Assembly: GCA_048940925.1 (NCBI GenBank)
Contig: JBHLOC010000003.1
Location: 32,001-96,000, forward strand
Source: Promethearchaeota archaeon
GTDB taxonomy: Archaea > Asgardarchaeota > Lokiarchaeia > Sigyniarchaeales > SOKP01
Length of the DNA: 64,000 nucleotides
Direction: 5' to 3'
Below are positions 58,242-64,000 of the stretch, piece after piece. A program made the translations under genes and the position numbers. Below the pieces are notes generated by a model that did no database searches, was not told the origin of the DNA, and was given only the letters and a program-made list of their open reading frames with translations. How positions within the stretch are numbered: position 1 is the stretch's first letter; each line of letters starts with the position of its first letter.

Positions 58242-59465
58242 ATGGTACATATAAATTTGAAAAATGTGACTAAATCTTTTAGAAATATTAAAGTTCTTAA
58301 TGAAATTTCACTTGAGATTAAAGATAAAGAGTATTTCATAATCCTTGGACCTACAGGAGCAGGTAAAACTACATTACTTAAGATTATTGCAGGACTTATT
58401 AGACCTGACTCTGGACAAATATTGTTTAATAGTAAAGATGTGACTAAAAAAACTGCGGGAGAGCGTAATATAGGATTTATGTTTGAAAATTATGCGTTAT
58501 TTCCTCACATGAATATTGTGGAGAATATATCGTATAGTGGAAGAGTCCATGCACGAGATTCCGCACAAACTCAAACCTTAGTTGATCAAATTTTGATGAT
58601 GACTTTGCTTACAGGTAGAAATGATGCTATACCTGAAGAACTAAGTGGAGGAATGAAGCAAAGAGTAGCATTATGTCGATCTCTTTTGAATCTCGAACAA
58701 TCAAAATTGTTAATTTTAGATGAGCCTCTAAAAGCGCTTGATGCTGGCCTTAGGAATAGCCTGAGAAGAGAATTGTTGCTAATGGCAAAATCAAAAGAAT
58801 TAGAATTGACAGTATTACATGTTACTAATAATGAACGTGAAGCAATGATGGTCGCCGATAGAATCGCGTTATTAAATGAAGGGAAAATAGTTCAAATTGG
58901 AAGCCCTTATGAAATCTATTATGAGCCTAAAAATCTTTTTGTAGCGTACTTTATGAGTGAAATTAACTACTTTAATGGAATTTGCGTAAAAAACACAGAG
59001 CCTAAGTGGGATATTTATCGTAAATCAGAACAAGGAGATAGATTTTTCGCACAAATTCATGAAAGTTTAGTTCCATTACCATTAGACATAGGATTAAATG
59101 AAATTTTTGCGGGATACTTGAAAGAGTCATTATATAGTGAAATTGGGCAGGGAGATAAAATATTGTTAGTTGTTCGCGCAAATCATATGAAAATACGACT
59201 TGGTAATCGTATTAACGAAAAAAAAAATTCAATTTTAGGTAAAATAATTCGACGTAAATTTATGGGAGTATTTTATCGATTTGAAGTATTAACAGAGATA
59301 AGTAATCAAGAAAAAAAAATTGTGGTTATTAGACCTGCTACTTATGAAATCCATGATAGATTTTTAGAGGGATCAGAAGTAACAGTATATTTCCCTAAAG
59401 AATTAGGAATAGTATTCAAACATCCAGGTGATGATGTAATAAAAGAAGTATTAAAATTAGAATAA
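58242..59465 (+). CDS. ABC ATPase 2 (MalK/PotA-like); start reassigned to ATG 58242
   Basis: MVHINLKNVTKSF, GPTGAGKT, LSGGMKQR, LDEP; Q-loop E and H-switch N. Confidence 0.9.
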   Translation: MVHINLKNVTKSFRNIKVLNEISLEIKDKEYFIILGPTGAGKTTLLKIIAGLIRPDSGQILFNSKDVTKKTAGERNIGFMFENYALFPHMNIVENISYSGRVHARDSAQTQTLVDQILMMTLLTGRNDAIPEELSGGMKQRVALCRSLLNLEQSKLLILDEPLKALDAGLRNSLRRELLLMAKSKELELTVLHVTNNEREAMMVADRIALLNEGKIVQIGSPYEIYYEPKNLFVAYFMSEINYFNGICVKNTEPKWDIYRKSEQGDRFFAQIHESLVPLPLDIGLNEIFAGYLKESLYSEIGQGDKILLVVRANHMKIRLGNRINEKKNSILGKIIRRKFMGVFYRFEVLTEISNQEKKIVVIRPATYEIHDRFLEGSEVTVYFPKELGIVFKHPGDDVIKEVLKLE

Positions 59466-59522
59466 GAATTTTAAATATTTTTAAAAATGATAACGAATAT
59501 ATAATTAAAGGAGAGTAGATTT

Positions 59523-60209
59523 ATGAGTTCCTTATTACGTTATTTTAGTACTAGAAATGAAGAAAACGCAATGAACATGACTTTAATTCATACTCAGAAA
59601 GTCCTTGAATGTATAGTTGAATTTGAGAAGGGTTTATCTTTCCTGCTTGAAGAAAAAAATATTGACCTTGCATTAAAAGTTTTTTTTAGAGTAGATGAAT
59701 TAGAACATCAAGCAGACAATATTCGTAGAAATATTCTAAATATGTTATCCCAAGCAGAACTTCCTTCGAAAATACGTGAGAATTTTATGCACCTTATTAA
59801 AAGAATTGATGATATAGCAAATGCAACAAATGCAAGTTCTAGAATTCTGATCTCTATGAATCATAAAGACTTTATGAATTTAGGGGAAGATGTTCATAAA
59901 AATATCCTAGATATCTCAAGAGATTCAGTAGAAGCTGTTAAAAAGGTTAATCTTATGGTAGATAAACTTATCAAAGCAGAAGAAGAAAAAGAAATCCAAA
60001 GTTTGGGAGAAGAAGTTAATGTTTTAGAACATGAATGTGATGAAAAGCGTTATGCAATAAATCGGAGCTTAGTTTTGAATAATCTTGATATTAACCCATT
60101 TAGTGCAATAATAATTCATAATTGTATATCTGCTATGGAGGCTATTAGTGATAACGCTGAAGATGTTGCTGATTATATTATTATGTTAACACTAGCAAAA
60201 AGAACTTAA
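59523..60209 (+). CDS. DUF47 (PhoU-like) phosphate transport regulator
   Basis: ELEHQADNIRR, RIDDIA, LEHECD, ISDNAEDVAD. Confidence 0.88.
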   Translation: MSSLLRYFSTRNEENAMNMTLIHTQKVLECIVEFEKGLSFLLEEKNIDLALKVFFRVDELEHQADNIRRNILNMLSQAELPSKIRENFMHLIKRIDDIANATNASSRILISMNHKDFMNLGEDVHKNILDISRDSVEAVKKVNLMVDKLIKAEEEKEIQSLGEEVNVLEHECDEKRYAINRSLVLNNLDINPFSAIIIHNCISAMEAISDNAEDVADYIIMLTLAKRT

Positions 60210-60243
60210 AAAAAATTATTTGTAGATTACACACTTCAAAAAT

Positions 60244-60864
60244 TTAATTATTCTCTTTATTTCTTTTTTGCAGATTAGAATTCTTTTTTAAAAGTTTAAT
60301 TGATTCTTCTCTCGCTTTTAGAAGATTTCGTTCTTTAACTCCTTCCATTTCTTTAGACGGTAAGACTTTTTCCTTTATCACCTTTTTAAAAAGTAAATAT
60401 TCCTCTTTTCTTGAAATAAATGGATCAACCTTCTCTTCATGTATGAATTCTTCTATAGATGTATTTTTTCCATTACAATTCCCTTCAGTAAGATCGAATC
60501 GATTATTTTTATACACTAAAAAACAATGCACCATTGGTACATAAGGAATGTTATATTTTTTCAGAATTTCATTTGTACCATGTGAGATTTCTTCTGTAAA
60601 TTTATAAATTCCCACATGTTTATAGAGTGGTATGTCAAGTTCTTCCGCAAGTCCTGCAATGACAGCATGTTTAGTTGTACAAGTTCCCATATTTTCTTTA
60701 AACAAAATCATCTTGTCTTCATAATCTGTATTATATCCATAATCAATATTATGGATAAGATTACAGGCTTCTCTAAATGAATTAATTCCTAGATTTATAA
60801 ATTTCTTTGATAATTGTCCAACAGGTTTAATTTCAGCATCAGGCAAATTATTATATGTATCCAT
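60244..60864 (-). CDS. Hypothetical protein, transglutaminase-like Cys-His-Asp fold candidate
   Basis: GTCTTKHA...L, HCFL, FDLT. Confidence 0.55.
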   Translation of the reverse strand: MDTYNNLPDAEIKPVGQLSKKFINLGINSFREACNLIHNIDYGYNTDYEDKMILFKENMGTCTTKHAVIAGLAEELDIPLYKHVGIYKFTEEISHGTNEILKKYNIPYVPMVHCFLVYKNNRFDLTEGNCNGKNTSIEEFIHEEKVDPFISRKEEYLLFKKVIKEKVLPSKEMEGVKERNLLKAREESIKLLKKNSNLQKRNKENN

Positions 60865-61015
60865 AATAGTCTACTTAGTTATTTAAATAGCTTTTATATT
60901 TATCACTAAATTATGATTTATAAGATTAATTTCTAATAATTATAAGATGAATTTGAGTATGTAATCTTTTTTTTATAAATCTGGATTTTAATTATTATAA
61001 ATAAAGAAAAAAAAA

Positions 61016-61669
61016 TTAAGAAATCTCTTTATGTTTACCAGTTACCATATAGTGAACTTTTTCAGCAATTTTACAAGCATTATCACCACATCTTTCTAAA
61101 TATCGCGCAATCATGGCAAAAAAGGCACAAGGAGTGATTGTTTTAGGATCTTCCATCATATAGGTCAAACATTCTCGAAAGATTGACCATCTCATTTCAT
61201 CAATTTCATCATCCCTCTCCTTAAATTTTTCGATGTACTTTATATCAGCCTCATCAAAAGCTTCTATTGCATTTTCAATCATCAGTTTTACATGTTCCCA
61301 CATATGTTCTAAGTTAATAAATGGGGCAGGATATGGATGTTTTTTTGAAATTTCCTCAACAACTGAAGCAATATCTTTTCCATATCTCCCAATCCTTGCA
61401 AGGTAGGTAATTGTCTTTAAAATAGTTGCTAATCTTCTGAGATCTATTGCCATTGGTTGATAAAGCGCTATTAATTTTAATGCTTTTGACTCTATATTTG
61501 CATCAAATTCTCTAATCTTATATTTCTTTTCCACCGTAGTTTTAGCTAGTTCAATATCTTGAGTCGCTAAAGCTTTCATTGAATCATCTAACATACTCAA
61601 AGCTAAATCAGCCATTTGAACAACTTCTTTTTTTAATGTAAAAATTTCTCGGTGCAATTCTTTTGCCAT
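61016..61669 (-). CDS. phoU: Phosphate signalling protein PhoU
   Basis: QPMAIDLR, LARIG, DDEIDE, RYLERCGDNA.KIAE. Confidence 0.95.
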   Translation of the reverse strand: MAKELHREIFTLKKEVVQMADLALSMLDDSMKALATQDIELAKTTVEKKYKIREFDANIESKALKLIALYQPMAIDLRRLATILKTITYLARIGRYGKDIASVVEEISKKHPYPAPFINLEHMWEHVKLMIENAIEAFDEADIKYIEKFKERDDEIDEMRWSIFRECLTYMMEDPKTITPCAFFAMIARYLERCGDNACKIAEKVHYMVTGKHKEIS

Positions 61670-61679
61670 TAAAATTCAC

Positions 61680-62450
61680 CTAACCAAATCTTCCTGTTAT
61701 ATAATTTTCAGTTAAATGTTCTTTTGGATTCTCAAATATCTGAGTTGTTTCCCCAAATTCAATTAATTCCCCTAAATACATAAAACCTGTAAAATCACTA
61801 ATTCTTGCTGCTTGTTGCATATTATGGGTTACAATTACAACAGTCCATTCTTTCTTCAATTCAAGTATTAGTTCTTCAATTTTCCCAGTAGCAATTGGAT
61901 CTAAAGCTGAACATGGTTCATCCATTAAAATTATCTCAGGTTCAACTGCTAATGCTCTAGCTATGCACAATCTTTGTTGTTGTCCACCGGAGAGACTTGC
62001 TCCAGATTTTTCTAAATCATCCTTAACTTCATCCCATAATTGTGTTAATTTTAAATATTTTTCAACCATCATTTCTAATTTTTCTCTATTTCTTGTACCC
62101 TTTAGTTTAAGACCAACTATAACATTATTAAAGATTGACATAGTTGGAAACGGATTTGGTTTTTGAAAAACCATTCCTATTTTCCTCCTAACTAAAACAG
62201 AATCAATTGATTTATAATTATTGTTATTACCATATATATTATAATTGTCCATTGAAATGCTGCCGGTTACTTTAGCATTAGGTATTAGATCATGCATTCT
62301 ATTCATACTTCTAAGTAAAGTTGTTTTACCGCATCCCGATGGACCAATAATCGCAGTAATATGGTTTTTTTTAATATTCAAATTAATATTGTTTAAAACA
62401 TGTTTATCGCTAAACCATACATTTAAATTTTCAATTTTTAATTTAATCAA
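61680..62450 (-). CDS. pstB: Phosphate ABC ATPase
   Basis: [43 protein letters not shown]. Confidence 0.97.
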   Translation of the reverse strand: MIKLKIENLNVWFSDKHVLNNINLNIKKNHITAIIGPSGCGKTTLLRSMNRMHDLIPNAKVTGSISMDNYNIYGNNNNYKSIDSVLVRRKIGMVFQKPNPFPTMSIFNNVIVGLKLKGTRNREKLEMMVEKYLKLTQLWDEVKDDLEKSGASLSGGQQQRLCIARALAVEPEIILMDEPCSALDPIATGKIEELILELKKEWTVVIVTHNMQQAARISDFTGFMYLGELIEFGETTQIFENPKEHLTENYITGRFG

Positions 62451-62462
62451 AATTCATCACAT

Positions 62463-63311
62463 CTAATATTTTTCCCTTGTTAAAATTCTAACCACGATAT
62501 TTAATAAAAGAACCAAAAATATTAAAACTAGCGCCGCACCCCAAGCTTTTGGCCAATCTATACTCACAAATGGAGATTGCGATGAGTTAAAAATTGTTAA
62601 TGGAAGCGCTGCTGTTGGCTCAAAAAAACTAGCGAAAAAGAATCTACTTCCAAGTATAGTTAATAGCAAAGGAGCTGTTTCTCCTGCTACTCTAGCAATT
62701 GCGAGTAATATGCCTGTTACTATCCCTTTTTTTGCTGTTGGAACAGTTATAGTTAAGGTTGTCTTCCATTGAGCTATTCCTAAAGCTAGAGCAGCTTCTC
62801 GAACCGTAGAAGGTACTATTTTAATAGATTCTTCTGTTGCTCTTGTTATTAAAGGAATCATCATTATTCCCAAAGCAAAACCACCAGCTAAAACTGACCA
62901 TCCCGTAATAGTTACAATCAATATCCAAGTAAAAATGCCGATAACAATTGAGGGCATGTTAGATAGAACATCATTTAAAAAACCAGCAGCAAAACTAATT
63001 TTACTATATGGATATTCTGCTAAAAAAATTCCAGAAAAAACGCCTATAGGTATTCCCAGTAAACATGCAAGCATAATTATTATTAATGTTCCTTGGATAG
63101 CAGGTCCAATTCCTCCTCCTGTTTGCCCTAATGGCGAAGTTTCTTGTGTTAAAAAATTTATATTCATTTGACTAATTCCATTAATAATAATTTCGTATAA
63201 AATGCTAATTAAAGGTATTAAACCAATAATTAGGGCAAAAAAACAGAATGATATCATTAAATAATTCTTGAATTTTCTGACTTTAAATCTTGTTTCTTCT
63301 GAAAAAGCCAT
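62463..63311 (-). CDS. pstA: Phosphate ABC permease (likely ATG start at 63311)
   Basis: GGIGPAIQGT, PSIVIG, REAALALG, ARVAGETAPL. Confidence 0.95.
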   Translation of the reverse strand: MAFSEETRFKVRKFKNYLMISFCFFALIIGLIPLISILYEIIINGISQMNINFLTQETSPLGQTGGGIGPAIQGTLIIIMLACLLGIPIGVFSGIFLAEYPYSKISFAAGFLNDVLSNMPSIVIGIFTWILIVTITGWSVLAGGFALGIMMIPLITRATEESIKIVPSTVREAALALGIAQWKTTLTITVPTAKKGIVTGILLAIARVAGETAPLLLTILGSRFFFASFFEPTAALPLTIFNSSQSPFVSIDWPKAWGAALVLIFLVLLLNIVVRILTREKY

Positions 63312-63312
63312 C

Positions 63313-64000
63313 TTAAAACGTCTCAACTCCTTTGAATTTCCTCATAGTATATCGGATTATTAATCTTGCCGTAACATTAACAATTAAAGCCATTATTAAT
63401 AATACAAATCCTACCTCAATTAAAGCTGAAAGATAAACTTCTGGAGAACTAGCCTCCGTAAATTCATTAGCTACTAATGATGCTAAAGTATAAGTAGGAT
63501 CAAATAAAGAGTGAAATAGATTAAATGAGTTTCCAATAACCATCGTTACAGCCATTGTTTCTCCTATTGCTCGACCAAGTCCTAAAATCACCGCTCCTAT
63601 CACGCCTGATCGTCCATATTTTCTAATAATTTTTGTTGACTCCCATTTTGTTGCACCTAATGCTATAATAGCTTCTTTTTGACTCTTTGGAACCGCCGCA
63701 AATATATCTCGAGAAATGGCAGTGATAGTAGGAATTATCATAATTGCTAAGATAATTCCACCTGTTAAAACATTATATCCATGAGTTGCTCCTTGAAAAA
63801 TCGGGATAAAACCAAATATATTTTGAATGACGGGATATACATTTTGATTTAAAAATGGTATAAGGGTAAATATACCCCAAAGTCCATAAATTACACTTGG
63901 TATAGCTGCTAATAGTTCTACTAGAAATGAAACCCAAAAGTTAAATCTTTTTGAAGTGAATTCAGAGAGAGTTAAAGCAATTCCTATGCTTATAGGAAAA
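63313..64000 (-). CDS. pstC: Phosphate ABC permease (5' end outside window)
   Basis: ELLAAIPSVIYGLWG, MIIPTI, LGRAIGETMAV.MVIGN. Confidence 0.95.
   Translation of the reverse strand, partial: FPISIGIALTLSEFTSKRFNFWVSFLVELLAAIPSVIYGLWGIFTLIPFLNQNVYPVIQNIFGFIPIFQGATHGYNVLTGGIILAIMIIPTITAISRDIFAAVPKSQKEAIIALGATKWESTKIIRKYGRSGVIGAVILGLGRAIGETMAVTMVIGNSFNLFHSLFDPTYTLASLVANEFTEASSPEVYLSALIEVGFVLLIMALIVNVTARLIIRYTMRKFKGVETF

Noticed and set aside
1212-63171. Many short antisense or alternate-frame ORFs in the track (e.g. 1212..1547, 5335..5769, 38927..39460, 54155..54376, 55421..55762)
   Set aside because: They overlap well-supported genes and show no motifs; treated as shadow ORFs
1-64000. CRISPR arrays, transposases/integrases, rRNA, selenoprotein UGA read-through
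   Set aside because: No regularly spaced repeats or recombinase motifs seen, and no gene appeared interrupted by an in-frame TGA at a Cys-equivalent position (by-eye inspection only)

Overview
A very AT-rich archaeal chromosomal segment, almost certainly from an Asgard archaeon (Lokiarchaeia/Promethearchaeota). The assignment rests on longin/roadblock proteins, Loki-type LRR and standalone 7TM families, Alba, PolB1, CdhB/CdhC and GGTGA-type Shine-Dalgarno sites. About 55 CDS are present. They cover fatty-acid/acyl-CoA metabolism (thiolase-like protein, two acyl-CoA ligases, enoyl-CoA hydratase, NMO/FabK-like, tandem amidases), Wood-Ljungdahl cdhB-cdhC plus cooT, NAD salvage, and a lipid neighbourhood around a tetraether synthase (Tes). 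The right end is a phosphate-related region (phosphodiesterase, ppa, an ABC importer, DUF47, phoU-pstBAC). There is one intact tRNA-Thr(UGU) and one degenerate tRNA-like copy. I saw no CRISPR array, transposase or integrase. The most notable observations are: (1) a cytosolic LRR-TIR protein with TLR-like domain order and an intact catalytic Glu, beside an orphan methyltransferase-specificity fusion; (2) a membrane-anchored V4R/Bet3-like protein next to a three-domain longin/roadblock protein; (3) a 7TM-longin-GNAT-7TM cassette containing a perfect 28-bp palindrome; (4) an ABC importer whose two ATPases carry complementary degenerate motifs, preceded by an unannotated 32-aa membrane ORF; (5) a FadR-box-like TetR operator; (6) apparent ATC/ATA start codons; (7) a candidate HbYX proteasome-binding protein. 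All product calls come from motif recognition by eye; no database searches were run.
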